Source of the DNA: Cetorhinus maximus
Taxonomy: Eukaryota
Direction of reading: 5' to 3'
Length of the DNA stretch: 64,000 nt
Assembly (NCBI RefSeq): GCF_964194155.1
Contig: NC_135879.1
Coordinates: 102,982,001 to 103,046,000, forward strand
Positions 12,561 through 25,991 of this stretch are shown in pieces. Within the stretch, counting starts at the first letter, position 1, and each line of letters begins with the position of its first letter. A model generated the notes under the pieces. It saw nothing but the letters and a program-made list of their open reading frames with translations, was not told the origin of the DNA and ran no database searches. The position numbers and the translations under genes are program-made.

Positions 12561-13722
12561 GATCAAAACTGTAAACTGTACTCCAGTATCGCTTTGGCCA
12601 CTGTTTATATACCATCTGACATTCAATTCCACTAAAGTCGAAGACACCGCAGATAATTCAAAAGTTCAGTCATCAGCAGGTATCCTTGTTCTCTCAGAAT
12701 CCAAGCCTTCAATTGCTTGGGTAGCTGCAAATAATTGTGGCACGATCGACTGTTGTAAAATGAGGGCACCATGACTACAGTCAGACTTTAACCCACAATA
12801 TCAATAGAGTGGGCACACAAATGCTGGACATAAACTGAAGAATCACCGTTTCGGTTCATGTATTTTCAGGAGCATGTTGGGCTATATAGATGTCATCATT
12901 GTTGTCCACGGGAAAATCGATGTACCTGTTTGTTCAAATACAAACTTTTCAGGATCACTTTGCTTCTCCCTTAAACTTTGTGATTCAAAGAGGTGTCTGC
13001 ATCAATCCATCAATCACCTTTTCGATACAGTAATGACTCCACTACCACTCCTGCCCCCTACCAGAAAGAAACTGAGGCAATAGAAAATGAAGACACTTGA
13101 CACCTTTGTTCCTGGTAATGGTTTCTAGCTGAGCATGAATACTGAATTCAGCATTTCCCACAGCAACAATGCCAGGATCTGTATCAGGTCAATTGAGGAA
13201 GTGAAAATCCCGCCTCACCACACTTCCCATAGAAACCTGGCTGGCGAGCAACCACCTGAGGAATTTGTTGATTTTGTAGCTGTTTGAATTCATAACTGTA
13301 CAAGTCTGCACTGCTGGTAGAAAGGAGGGAATTTTGGAGATTTGGTCACCCACCCACAATTATTTTCCAAACGGTTGTTTATCTGGTAAGGAAATGGTGG
13401 GCAATGTGCATCCACAATTCCGGACTGGAAAACCGGCAAGTGAGGCTTTCCATGATTTTGTACCTGGTGCTCTCAGCGAGTCCTGCTCCTCACTGGGAGC
13501 ATTTGATTTTGGAATCAGCCCTGCGATTTAAAGATAACTCCACATAAGAGGCAGACCAGGAACCGGAGAGAGTAAGGCAACAGACCAGGGCCATATGTGA
13601 GACAATAACAGATCAAGTGGTGACGTAGGGCCCACCGAAACGGTTTTGACTTTCATATGAGGGTCCGAGAGCTCCCTTGGATTTGTGAGCTGGGAAGTGC
13701 AGAGGAAGGCAGGGTGCTATAT

Positions 13723-15969
13723 GAGTGAAATTTAATTCTCCCCTCAGAACTGGCCTGGGAGGCGAGGTGGCAGCATCGAATTGGGATGGAAGGTGGGGGT
13801 GGCATGCAGGTTGCCTTCCAGACTCCCTGCAATTTGCTCAGGGGTGGGAAAAGTTGATGATGGCCTTCCTGCCCAGAGGCTAACTGAGCCCCTTAAGTGG
13901 CCAATTAATAGTGGAATGGGGGACCTCTGCCACGTGGGGAGACCACCCAGTAAACCTTGGCAGTATCCTTGGGAGACTGAGGAGTACGGGATCCTCCTAA
14001 TCGGACACCCTGTGGCCAACGGAGGGCCAGCCCCGCTCTCCAAACAGCCCCACCCACCAAACAGCAAGGGTCATTCCTCAGAATGAACACACCCTCCCTT
14101 CCATCAATAATGATGCCAGGGCCTGCCTGATTAGCCTTGGCAAACCTGAACACTTACATCCATCATGGGGCTTCCGTTATAGTTCTGTGTCAATTGGTCC
14201 TGAAAATGTTTCGGCAATAGTGCTGAAGGCTTGTGCTCCAGAATTTGCCACGCCTCTAGCCAAGATCTTCCAGTGCAGCTACAACACTGGCTATGTGTAA
14301 ACTGGGCCAGTTATGTCCTGTACACAAAAAGCAGGGCAAATCCAACCCCGTCAATTATCGCCCCATCAGTCTATTCTCGGTAATCAGTAAGGTAATGGAA
14401 GGGGTCATCAACAGTGCTATCAAGCAGCACTTGCTTAGCAATAGCCTGTTCACTGACATTCAGTTTGGGTTCTGCCAGGGCCATTCAGCTCCTGACCTCA
14501 TTAGAGCCTTGGTTCAAACATGGACAAAGGAGCTGAACTTCTGAGGTGAGGTGACAGTGACTGCCCTTGACATCAAGGCTGCATTTGACAAGAGTATGGC
14601 ATCAAGGAGCCCTAGCAAAACTGGAGTCAATGGGAATCAGGGGGAAAACTCTCCACTGGGTGGAGTCATACCTAGCACAAAGGAAGATGGTTGCAGTTGT
14701 TGGAGATCAGTCTTCTCAGCTCCAGGACATCACTGCAGGAGTTCCTCAGGGGAGGGCCCTCGGTCTAACCATCTTCAGCTGTTTCTTCAATGATCTTCCT
14801 TTCGTCATAAAGTCAGAAGCGAGGCTGTTCGGTGATGATTGCACAATGTTCAGCACCATTCACTACTCCACAGATACTGAAGCAGCCCATATCCAAATGC
14901 AACAAGACCTGGACAATATCCAGGCTTGGGCTGACAAGCGGCAAGTAACATTTGCGCCACACAAGTTTCAGGCAATGACCATCTCCAACAAGAGAGAATC
15001 CAACTATCACTCCTTGATGTTCAATGGCATTACCATCACTATCAACAGCCTGGGGCTTACCATTGACCAGAAACTGAACTGGACTAGCCATATAAATACT
15101 GTGGCTACAGGAGCAGCTCAGAAACTAGGAATCCTGCCATGAGTAACTCACCTCCTGACTCTCCAAAACCTATCTACAAGGCATAAGTCAGGATTGTGAT
15201 GGAATACTCCCCACTTGCCTGGATTAGTGCTGCTCCCACAACACTCAAGAAGCTTGACACCATCCAGGACAAAGCAGCCCACTTGATTGGCATCCACAAG
15301 CATTCACTCCCCTCAACCACCGATGCACAGTAGCAGCAGTGTGTACTATCTACAAGGTGCACTGCAGGAACTCACCAAGGCTCCTTCAACAGCACCTTCC
15401 AAACCCACAACCACTACCATCTAGAAGGACAAGGGCAGCAGACAGTTGGGAAGACCATCACCTGCAAGTTCCCTTCCAAGCCACTCATCATCCTGACTTG
15501 GAAATATATCGCTGTTCCTTCACTGTCGCTGGGTCAAAATCCTGGAACTCCCTTCCTAATAGCACTATGGGTGTACCTACACCATATGGACTGCAGCGGT
15601 TCAAGAAGGCAGCTCACCACCACCTTCTCAAGGGCAACTAGGGATGGGAAATAAATGCTGACCCAGCCAGCGAAGCCCACATCCCGTGAATGAAAAAAAG
15701 ATGTTGCTGGTCCTGGTGGCTGCAGAACCAGCAGTGGCTACCATTCCTCATGGCATTGCTGGGGCAGAAGAGCTGCCAGCCTGTCACTGGTTGGGAGCTC
15801 TTGGAGGTGGAAACTCCACCTTTAAAAAGGTAGACGCACCAACTCCAGGCAATTTATTGCTTGAAAGGCATAGATTTTCACCAGGGCTTCTGGAAATAGC
15901 TGCCTTGGGGTTGTTCCCAGCTTTCTTGCCTGCCATTGGGGCCACTGCTGTAGCTATTAAATTCTGCCC
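13723..15969. mobile_element. Older Harbinger-like MITE interrupted by a LINE
   Basis: Degenerate TIRs GAGTGAAATTTAAT / ATTAAATTCTGCCC and a TTAAGTGGCCAATTAA subterminal motif. The LINE occupies about 14190-15699. Confidence 0.6.
14190..15699 (+). mobile_element. 5'-truncated non-LTR LINE (CR1 group), RT domain and 3' tail
   Basis: NYRPISLFSVISKVME, ALDIKAAFD, GVPQG, LFGDDCT. Ends AATAAA...CCCACATCCCGTGAATGAAAAAAA. Confidence 0.93.
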
Positions 15970-17221
15970 TACACTTCTGTACCTTAAGCAAGAAGTAGAG
16001 CTATTTAGAATTATGCCAGCACATTTAACATGTCATTCCTATTCCACCATGATACTAAAGACCTTACCTTACTCCAAAGCTAATTTTGAACTGAACAGCT
16101 GGCTGCCTACTAATATCAAAAATTTCACTAAAAGTCAGAGGCAAGTGATCATAAAAGTACTCAACTCAGGGATTTGCTTTCTTTAACAGGATAGAGGTAC
16201 AAAAGGAGCAACAAAACGTTGTACTGCCTGATTGCATCAGTCCAAAACCAGCCCCCAAAGTACACCTGCAGGACATATTGTTTGTTTTCTGATGGCAATA
16301 CATTTCACAGATGTCCACATTGAATAGACATAATAATAGGCTGCCCCACTGCTATATATTATCTAGTACTTGAGTATTTGTAGAATGTGGTTATTATGGC
16401 ACAACACATTCATAATTATATGGGTAAGTCTTCAGTTAATGATTCAATTACTGTACTAAAAGTAGGGAGGTGTAAGCTGCATTACAGAATGTTGCCCACA
16501 TACTGAATGTTTGTAAAATGGGCTCTTATATTATGATGTATTAATCCAGTGTATATTGTCAAATTTTACAATGCATAACTTATATATCACTATTCATTCT
16601 CGAAGGCTTCATTTCCTTTAATTAACTTGTCCTGTAATTAATTTGCATTTGAGGAGTTAGATATTAGTCTTAATTGATGGAGTTACAGTATTCTGTAAGT
16701 TTTACAACTGAATGAAGAATTTTTGTTTTTTTCCACATCTCTTTTGTTGTTCATGCCCATGGAGATTGTTAAAAGGAATAAAAAGCTTAGGAAAAGTAAT
16801 GGAAGTCAGATTTGGTTTGAGCAACTGGGAGTTTTTCATCCTGTGAAACAAATTAATCAGCATGTTCTGGCTAATTCATTAGATTGTTAATAGATTTTAA
16901 ATGCCATCTGGTGCTATTTTCAACTTTCCAAATCCAGTATTTTTATTGGCCTGAGTTGGAATATTAATTTTTGATTCCAGTGTAAATTGGCCCTAATTTT
17001 CATTGCTTTAAGAACCACCTAAATCTCAAGAATAAATATCTCTCAATTTTAAATCTAAGATTAATTGTTCACAATTCCAGATTCAAACAGGTGGGATTTG
17101 AGATGGAAGAGCATGAGCAATAATAGCTCTGAAAAATAACAATGATAATGCTTGAGAGGCTGAAGCAGGAATGTCTAGGGTGCATGCAAACCAACAGAAG
17201 TGTAATCATTTTTACAAAAGT

Positions 17222-18120
17222 GTTTGCATCTACATAAAAGATTTCATGTTCTTAGGACATTCCAAATCACCTCACAGCCAATGGGTTACTTCTGAAGGGT
17301 TGTCACTGTAGATGAATGTGGCAGCTAATTTGTGCACAGGATGGTCTCATAAATAGCAATTAGGTAATTAAACAGGTAATGTATTATTATGGGTTTAATT
17401 GAGGAATTAATGTTAGACTGAATGGAAGACCTCCATTGAACTTGGCTGAGTAGTGCAACAGTGCTATGTCCACTTGAACAGGCAGGCAGGACCTTAGCAC
17501 AACATCATGGCCAGGATTTTCCAGCCATTGGGCGGGCTCAGCGGGAGCAGACTGGGGGGAGTTGTGGAGCTGATCAGTTCCGCACCGCAATTTCATGCAG
17601 GCGGACCAATTAAAGACTGCCCTGCGTGGATCATGAGCAGTTGTGCTGAGCGCTACCTGTGCGGGCAGGGGGAGGAGGGAAGGTCGGGTCAATCTCCCTG
17701 AGGCACGGAGCTGTCTCAGGGAGATTGAAGCGCTTTTAAAAAAAAATATAAGGACATTAAAAACTTAATGAAATATTTCCTATCTCATGTACCTGTATCA
17801 CATGAGATGGGACATGTTTTTATTTTCAAAATAAAGTTTTTATTTAATTTTTAATAGCTTTAGGAAACCACATCCCGCACGAGTTCTCAATGATGTCGGG
17901 ACGCACACCCGACATCACCACGCATCATTTTAGGTTCTGGCGTGACGAGCGTGTGCCCGCATGCCAAATATAAAATTCTGCCCCATATTCAAGTGGATGG
18001 CACCTACTCCAATGCCGGAATGAACAGAAGTACCAGTTTGGATATTTGTGCGGTATACTAATTGGGGCTTGGACCCACAACTTTCAAGACTTAGAAACGA
18101 AATTCTGCAACTGAGCAAGG
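17222..18120 (-). mobile_element. Decayed Deu-domain SINE (SacSINE1-like), split by a MITE
   Basis: The reverse complement resembles the DeuSINE body and tail as recalled from memory (TGTGCACAAATTAGCTGCC...CATTGGCTGTG...ATGCAA). Similar to 62730-63065. Confidence 0.65.
17509..17983 (+). mobile_element. Internally deleted Harbinger-type MITE
   Basis: TIRs GGCCAGGATTTT / AAAATTCTGCCC and perfect CAT TSD. Confidence 0.92.
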
Positions 18121-19515
18121 TTGGCAAAATAGCAAGCATCATAGGTTAATTACAGTTCAGCCTATGCAAGTGGGAACTATCCAGCAGAGGATTTGATTTC
18201 ATTTCCTGAAGCTAAAATTCAATAGACACTTAAAATTCAATTGACTGGATTCTATTTCAGGTAATGGGTTAGATTACCATGGCTACTAAGAGTTAAAGGT
18301 CATAAAAACCAACACTTACAACTGTACTCTTTAGATACCTTTCAAAATACCAACTGTGGTAACAGATCAACGTTTGGGTAATTACTACAGAAATAAATCC
18401 ATTGATGTGCCGTATAGTCGGGCTTTATGCATCACAAGCTAAATTTTTGAACATTGCTAGTTGTATATGATGTTATATCAGAGAATTAAGCTAATGGCAT
18501 ATTTAATTTTCCACATTTAGTTATTTTTATATCTTTATTTTTTCAAAGAACTGTCAATTATCAAAATGATAAATGTTAAAAATGGAAATAGTTAAATTAT
18601 TTAGGTGGTTGTTGTTCATTTTAAAACGTTTATTCCCTTAGGTGTCATAACTCAACTCAACTCAACGCAAGCTTTCACCATTTTGGTGTTTCTGTTAATG
18701 CCATAATTGCATTCTCACTGGTTATACTGACCATACATTTGGAATAATGTAACGATAATGCTTTCAACTTCCAGAAACATTTGGGCATATGTTCATTTTG
18801 ACAATAGTACAAAATGGGCAGCAGCGAATCAGCAGCTCATTTTACACTCAGAAAATAGAAAATAAAATTGTACAGTGTGCAAAAAGCATCTGCCACATTC
18901 TGACCCCACAAAATTGAATTAAAAAAAAGCCTTGGGGCGATTTTTTTGAAATTACTGTCTGGGTCAAATGGGTGCAACATTCATGGTGCAAGCATAGGAC
19001 TCTAATTTGCATAATACTCACCACTGGCACTCTTGCTGCCTATCGAATGGCCCATTCCAAGATGGCAGCTATTGGAACACCACAGTGAATTAAGTGTTGA
19101 GGAATCGGATGCTAAGTTCAGACAAGTACCTCGCCGTTTATGTCAAGGAATGGGAGGTAGTATAACAATAGGATTTTCCAGGTAGTTTTCATGTTGCTGG
19201 CAGTCCTGTGCCAATAGCACATTCTGCAAAGATGTCAATGGTGCATAGCTTTAATCTTTTAGATGGTGGGGTTACAACATATTAGAAAGCCACTAAGACA
19301 AGTATTGCTGCATTACTGTGAAGAATGAAAGGCCCACTGCATCCCCATCAGTTAATAGGGCAAAACCTTTTGGTTACACCCTCCAGAACACCCAGCAACA
19401 ATATTATTGATTGTATATGATGTTATATTGAGTAAGTTAGTCGAACTTACAAATGGCAAATCCGGACACCAATTTTAGTTTAGGAAATTTAGTTACAAGA
19501 AATTATATTTTCAGT

Positions 19516-20218
19516 GAGCTGAATTTCACTGCTTAACAGCAAGTCCCGCCATTGGGACTGAAATTAGGAGGTGACCCTGGCTCGGTGGGCTGCAGGACTC
19601 AGGGCAGCATATTGTTGGTGGTGGCCATTTAAGAGGCCCCCACTGGGGCCACCCACGAATTACGAACGGTGGCCCACCCCTCAGGACTTGCAGGCCCAAT
19701 CAGAGGGCCTGCAGCTCAGCAACCTCAGCAGCGTCATTGCTGAGGGTACAGCTCCAGAGAAAGTGGGCCTCAATGGCAGGACACCCTCAGAGACAGCTCA
19801 GTTAGGCTGGGGCAAGCTGGGGGCCAGGCAGGAAATTGCTGGCAATGGGGGGGCCAGGGTCGTGGAGCCACTGCTGTCGGGGGTTCCTCCATGGGCCATG
19901 GAGTACTCTTCAAGGAGGGTCCACCCTAGAACCTGCTGGGAGCCAACCAGGTTTCAGTGGTCAGTCTCCCCATGCAATGGTGAGCTCTCCTGATGTGGGC
20001 AAAATGCCCACAGAAGTGTGAAATGGCCCTTAATTGCCCACTAAAGTAGTCCAATTGGCTGCTGGGTCTGTAACCAAGATGCAATGTCCTCCCAGCACTG
20101 GTAATATAGCATGTGGGGGGGGTGGGAAAACTTGGGCCCCCTCTCAATGCCTCCCCCACCATTTTGCCAGCTATCCTGCCTCATAACCCATAACCACTGA
20201 GCTAGGAGAATTCAGCCC
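19516..20218. mobile_element. Older Harbinger-like MITE
   Basis: GAGCTGAATTT / GAATTCAGCCC ends, TSD AGT/AAT, related to the 13723 element. Confidence 0.65.
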
Positions 20219-20234
20219 AATTTTTAAAATATGC

Positions 20235-21345
20235 TTTCATAGAATGCAGGCGTCGATGGCAGAGCCAGCATTTGGTGGCCATCCCTAACTGCCCTTGAGA
20301 ATGTGCTGGAGAGCTATCTTCTTCAACTGCTGCAGTCCACCTAGCTCATGTGCACACACATTGATGTTAGGAAAGGAGCTCCAGGATTTTAATCCAGCAA
20401 CAATGAAGGAACAGCGATTTAGTTCCCAGTCAAGATGTGGCTTGGAAGGGAACTTGCAGCTGGTGTCTAAATGCATCTGCTGCCCTTGTCCTTCTAAGTC
20501 ATAGAGATCACGGGATTGGGAGCTGCTGCTGAAGGAGCCTTGGTGAGTTGCTGCAGTGTACCTTGTATATGGTGCGCACTGCTGCCACTGTATGCACTAG
20601 TGGAGGAAATGAATATTTAATGGCTGGGGTGCCGACTGAGCAGGTTGCTTTGTCTTTCATGGTGTCAAACTTCTTCACTGCTGATGGAGCTGCACTCAAA
20701 CAGGCAAGTGGAGAAAATTCCATCACAGTCCTGACTTTAGCTTTGTAGATGGTGGACAGGCTTTGGCTGGAGAGTGGGGGCAGTCGTGGGGGAGGCAGTG
20801 ACATAATGGTACTGTCACTGGGCTGGTAATCCAGAGGCCCAAGGTAATGCTCTGGGGGCACAGGTTCAATTCCCACCACAGCAGGTGGTGGAACTTAAAT
20901 TCAATGAAAGTCTAATGATGATCATGAAACTATCGTCTTTTTTTTTTGTAAAAAAGCTCATCTGATTTACTAATGTCCGTTAGGGAAGGGAATCTGCCAT
21001 CCTTACCTAGTCTGGCCTACATGTGACTCCAGACCCACAGCAATGTGGTTGACTCTTAAAAATTCCCTCTGAACAAGGGCATTTAGGGGATGGGTAATAA
21101 ATGCTGGCTTAGCCAGCGACACCCACATCCCACAAAAGAATAAAAAAAAGGTGAGTTACTCGCTGCAGAATTCCTAGCCTCTGTCCTTTCTTGGGGGTAT
21201 TTATATGGCTAGTCCAGTTACATTTCTGATCAATGTTAACCCCCAAGATGGTTGGGGTACAATGATGGTAATGTCATTGAACGTCAAGGAGAGATGGTCA
21301 GATTCTCTCTTATTGGATGTGGTCATTGCTTGACACTTGTGTGCT
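20235..21345 (-). mobile_element. LINE 3' fragment (same family as 14190-15699), split by a SINE
   Basis: SQSLSTIYKAKVRTVMEFSPLA. LINE sequence resumes at 21150 after the SINE. Confidence 0.85.
20788..21149 (+). mobile_element. tRNA-derived SINE
   Basis: A-box-like TGACATAATGG (20799), B box GGTTCAATTCCC (20863), LINE-shared 3' tail and oligo-A. Confidence 0.88.
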
Positions 21346-22112
21346 GCAAATACTATTTCTTACAGTGTTACAAGTGACGTTGCTATTGTTATTTTATTAG
21401 TTTTCCTTCAGGCTTAACCCTAACTCATACTCAAAGGTGTCTACAAATAGCCAAAGGACTATACACTGGAGGGAACAACGCAGATATATATATTCTTCTT
21501 TCAGTACATGCAGTCTGCGGATCCCCTTAGCACTTCTCTTCACATCCCATAACACCCATTTCTATCTGGAATGCCAACAGATTCACCCACTGAATTGACA
21601 ATTAAATAACCCTTATCATTCTCAGTCATTCTGTAAAAGTAAAAGCCATTTTCCTCTTAAATGAAAACCAATTAAGCATCAGCTATGAACAGCAGCATCA
21701 ATTCTTAAGCATCACTGTCCATCTAACTGCAGAAAATGTTACATTTTCTAATTTCAACACAGGGCTACAATGTATATAATCTCATTGTACTGGAGTTTGT
21801 ACTTATTTCAGACATGTAAATGATGATGCTGTCCAAGAGGGATATTATTCATATTGCAGTATGGATTGAAAGAGGAATTTTTTTTCAGTAATGCACAAAT
21901 CAGTCATATTTTTCTATGTTCAGTGGCTAGAATATCATTAACCTTTACTCCTCTTCACTGTTCAATTGCATCAGTGTGATTTTTGTATTTTTTTTACTAT
22001 AATTATAGTGAACGTTAGAGGAGAAAGATTACACAAGAGAAAATGTTTTCAGTTTTAAGTGCTTCCGTCACCTGTGAGCAGGGTAAAATTCTCCCAATTT
22101 ATGAGAGATATC

Positions 22113-22243
22113 GGGGATGACTTTCCTTAAGGCTTCTCCTACCCCATTACGCAACATTAGAGGAAATTCAGTTCAAAGTGTAAATGGGGTATTGACCGAA
22201 TTTATGGCAGTTAGGTAGGAGAAACACCATGGACATTTTTTCC
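22113..22243. mobile_element. Short degenerate palindromic MITE
   Basis: TTCTCCTACC / GGTAGGAGAA inverted arms with GGGGA...TCCC ends. Confidence 0.45.
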
Positions 22244-23575
22244 CATTCTAACTTTTGGTATTGGTTGCCTCTTCTCTCAGCTCAGAAGTCCACTCTTTCA
22301 GGTTTCCACTTGCATGAAAGTGTCAACTTGGGTGCAGTAGGGAAATGATCTGTTGATGACTATCACTCATTTTGCACCCTCATCCAAGGCAAACATCATC
22401 CCATTCGAAATTAGAAGCAAAAAACAGTACAATTTAGAAACGAACAGTGCCAGTAAAACTTGTCCAAACTGGTCTTGTATACCTTAAAATGGAACTCCAG
22501 TATTACTGGTGCCAGCACTACTGATTTTTAATGGGGTTTGAATATTTTAAACTGGTTTTTCCTTTGAGAACTGCTGGAAGAGCTTGAGTCAGAAAAAAAG
22601 GTCCAATTACAGAAATATATGGATGTAGTCAAGTCACCCTAAACCACTCTTAAGTACCTTGGCACACAAATTGGCTTGCACTTGATTACAGACATAAAGT
22701 TGGCTCTGCGCACATAACATTGCATATGCCTGTTCATGTGGTTGAAAATACCACGACTGGCTGCTGCACCTACTTCATTATCATCAAACAAACAAGCAGC
22801 CTATTCTAACCACTCTGCTCATTGGCTGCTCCTCTGTTCTTCTCTTAAAGAGGAGGTGCAGTATAACTGCATGCAGGAAATACTTTAGGGCATGAAGTGG
22901 CTGAAAGAGCAACAGGAAGCCCAGATTTTCAAATGTAGCATTAGAGACACTTGTCAAGAAGGTCAGAAGGCAGATCGAGGGAGTGTTCCTTCCTGGGGGC
23001 CAGCAAGGTACTCTGGCAAATTCTGCAGAGACTGTAAAAAGAAGTGGCTGGGGAGATCAGTGCAAGCAGAGTATTAGCACATAGGGCAGAAATTTTCATC
23101 GTGTTGGGGGTGGGGGGGGAGAGCGGGTGCGGGCGTGGGTGGGCACAGACCCGATTGCCGCCCATGATCGGGTCTGCACCGCCATTTTACACAGGTGGGC
23201 AAGTTAAGGCCCGCCCAGCATATTTGCTGACTCCCGTGGATAGTGGGAGTGTGCGGGCAGTGGCGGGCGTGCACAGACCGCCGGGTCCAATGGCGACCCG
23301 GCAGTCTGTTTGAAAGAAGCCTCCTGTAGGCTGCTCACAATGGCCAGTTCAAGGGCGCACCACATGGGGCCGGCTGAGCAGGCCAGGCTGGAGGGAAGGG
23401 CAGTGGGGGGCCAATACACCCCTCGTTTTTCTGATGAACACCTTACTGCCCTCCTCGAGGAGCTGGCAGCACGGCAGGAGGTGTTGGTCCTCCAGGATGG
23501 GAGGAGGAGACCCCCCCATATGACCAAACGTGCCTGGGAGCAAGTGGCGGAGGTGTTGAGCTCCCGTGGTGTGGT

Positions 23576-24782
23576 CTGGCGCACCTGGATCCAGTGCGGT
23601 AAGCTCTTCAGTGATTTGTTGTGCTCTGGCATTTAAGCCAGCAGGTAGCCTTAGCCTTTGAGCCCCCCCCCCTCAAAGTCTTACTGTCGTGACTGCATTG
23701 AATCATGTTGGGCATTTTTCCTACACTGGGCGGGCAAGCAGATAGTGCCCATGCTGAGATCAGCCTGAGTGGTTCATGAGGAGATGAGTTCTCCCCCGCA
23801 CCATGTGTTGCTCTTAGTCACACATGACTAGCCTGGGGGCAACCTGGAGGAGCTGCACCTAGGCGCATACTCAGAACTCCAGGACATGTCCTATTCATGA
23901 TGATGAGATGGTGGAAGGGGAGCCTCAAGATGTCATGGCAAAGAGCCATCTGCTGCCTTCGACGCTGCACATAGTTGCGCATCCTTGCTATGGGAGCAAA
24001 ACCGTGTGGTTCCTAAAGTGATGTACGCAGCATGTGTCCAAGGGGCCATTGGGGGGGTTGGGAGCAGGCGCACTATCTTTGCGTGAGTGATCAACAGTAA
24101 TGAGGAGAGGAGACACTGGAGGCCTGATATGGCCCACTGTGGTTGGGGTGCGACGTGCGCGTGCAGAGTCCATGTACAATTTTCCATAATGAATGGTGTT
24201 CTCTCGTTCTCAGGAGAAGAATGCTCATAATGCCTCGGAGCATGCGAGGACTGGAGGTGGCCAGGCACACCTCATCATGTTAAGCAGATTCAAGCAGGAG
24301 GCCCTTGAGCTGCAAAGGCGGCATGCACCCAGGTCAACTGATCTCAGAGCCAATCGTCTGACAGATATAGTTGACTGTCTCCCTTGAGAGACGGAGCCTC
24401 CTTTGGCACTGTGCCTCAGGCATATTGAGGTAACTGCTTCGCTGCCTGTACACCCTGGCGCACCTGGATCCAGTGCGGTAAGCTCTTCAGTGATTTGTTG
24501 TGCTCTGGCATTTAAGCCAGCAGGTAGCCTTAGCCTTTGAGGCCCCCCCCATCAAAGTCTTACTGTCGTGACTGCATTGAATCATGTTGGGCATTTTTCC
24601 TACACTGGGCGGGCAAGCAGATAGTGCCCATGCTGAGATCAGCCTGAGTGGTTCATGAGGAGATGAGTTCTCCCCCGCACCATGTGTTGCTCTTAGTCAC
24701 ACATGACTAGACTGGGGGCCAACCTGCAGGAGATGCACCTAGGCGCATACTCAGAACTCCAGGACATGTCCTATTCATGATG
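23576..24782 (+). repeat. Direct repeat pair of about 327 bp (23576-23902 and 24455-24782)
   Basis: Near-identical by direct comparison, with only a handful of differences. Confidence 0.95.
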
Positions 24783-25488
24783 GCGTCTTCTGCAGACCCT
24801 TCCACCTTGGACTACCTCTTGGCCCTGCGCCCCTTGTGCCTGCGCCTGTCCTCCCACAGGCAGCTCCCCTGGAGGCTGAATATGCACTCCTGGCCTCCTC
24901 CCACTTCTAGCCCTTCCTTCCTCCTCAGAGGAGCTGCCCCCAAGGACATGTCAGATCCCATACCCAGGCTAAGGGGAGGCTTCCTGAAAGCTACAGACCA
25001 GCAAAAGATTCCTGCCTGCAGAGTGCTGACCTGAAGCTTAAAAGTACACAAAAAGCTACTGAAATGCGTTCTGAACTACTGCAGATCACATAGGCAAGTT
25101 TAAAATACTTTCTCCAATAAATACTACACAAAGCAGATTGACGACCCCACTGAGCCCTCTTATCCCGCCGGTGGATGAGGTTCATAGGAAAGTCTCTTAC
25201 CCGCTTGCCCGTTACGCCCGTGCGCCCACCCGAAGATCGCACGGGCACATAAAAATCGTTGTCGATTGAAGACTAAAGGGCTTTAACTGGCCCATTAATT
25301 AATGGCGGGCGCGCGTCAAACTTCATTGCGCACCCGCCCAGCGAAATATCGCGATGTCACGTGGCCAGGCACAGGCCAGGAGTGCATATTCAGCCTCCAG
25401 GGGAGCTGCCTGTGGGAGGACAGGCGCAGGCACAAGGGGCGCAGGGCCAAGAGGTAGTCCAAGGTGGAAGGGTCTGCAGAAGACGCCA
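24781..25488. repeat. Perfect 116-bp inverted repeat (24781-24896 and 25373-25488)
   Basis: Base-by-base reverse-complement match. Confidence 0.95.
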
Positions 25489-25750
25489 CTCTCCTGCTGC
25501 CAGGGTGTACAGTATGTCAAACTGAAAATTCTGCCCATAGCCCTGGCTGGCTAATGATAGAAATTAAATGCCTTCACCGGGGTTATCAAGGTGAGACTTC
25601 TTATTAATGTTGGAATTGTGCTGAAATGCAGCGCACACTTTAAGTTGGTAATCAAGAGCAGCTGCCCCCAATTGTGGAAGTATTAGGATTTCATTCCAAG
25701 AATATAAAAATTGTTCACTCTGGGCATTAGGAGGAATTGGAAGAGTCTGT

Positions 25751-25878
25751 GGGCGGGGTTTTCCAGCTCTGCCCTCCGCCAGGAACGTTCGGTCCCACCG
25801 AAAGTCAAAGAGCTTTTGGCTGGGCCACCAAACATCCTACGGTGGGTCCCACCATGACAGGGCTGGAAAATTCCGGCC
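25751..25878. mobile_element. 128-bp Harbinger-type MITE in the Copia LTR
   Basis: GGGCGGGGTTTTCC / GGAAAATTCCGGCC ends and TGT TSD. Homologous to 63334-63460. Confidence 0.88.
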
Positions 25879-25976
25879 TGTGATTTTACTCTGCAGTCTT
25901 GGAAATAAGCCTGTCTTAAGGCACAGGCTGGCTTCAGATTCACTCATTCCTCAAAATACAAATATTGGATTTAACA

Positions 25977-25991
25977 TGGTAGCAGAGGATG
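25977..25991 (+). promoter_or_regulatory. Primer-binding site complementary to initiator tRNA-Met
   Basis: TGGTAGCAGAGGATG directly after the LTR CA end matches the 3' end of animal tRNA-iMet. Confidence 0.9.

Larger units (their letters stand above)
23084..25536 (+). mobile_element. Non-autonomous Harbinger element with rearranged Myb/SANT gene
   Basis: TIRs GGGCAGAAATTTTCA / TGAAAATTCTGCCC and perfect ATA TSD. PRFSDEHLTALLEEL...AWEQVAE...RTWIQCGKLFSDL. Exon 2 EKNAHNASEHARTGGG. Confidence 0.92.
22900..25590 (+). pseudogene. Old Harbinger Myb/SANT exon 1 remnant, split by the 23084 element
   Basis: PRFSNVALETLVKKVRR...KEVAGEISA before the insertion, and LNAFTGVIK plus a GTGAG donor at 25591 after it. 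Confidence 0.6.

Noticed and set aside
20788-20880. tRNA gene
   Set aside because: The A and B boxes belong to a SINE head followed by a SINE body and LINE-like tail. No cloverleaf is evident.
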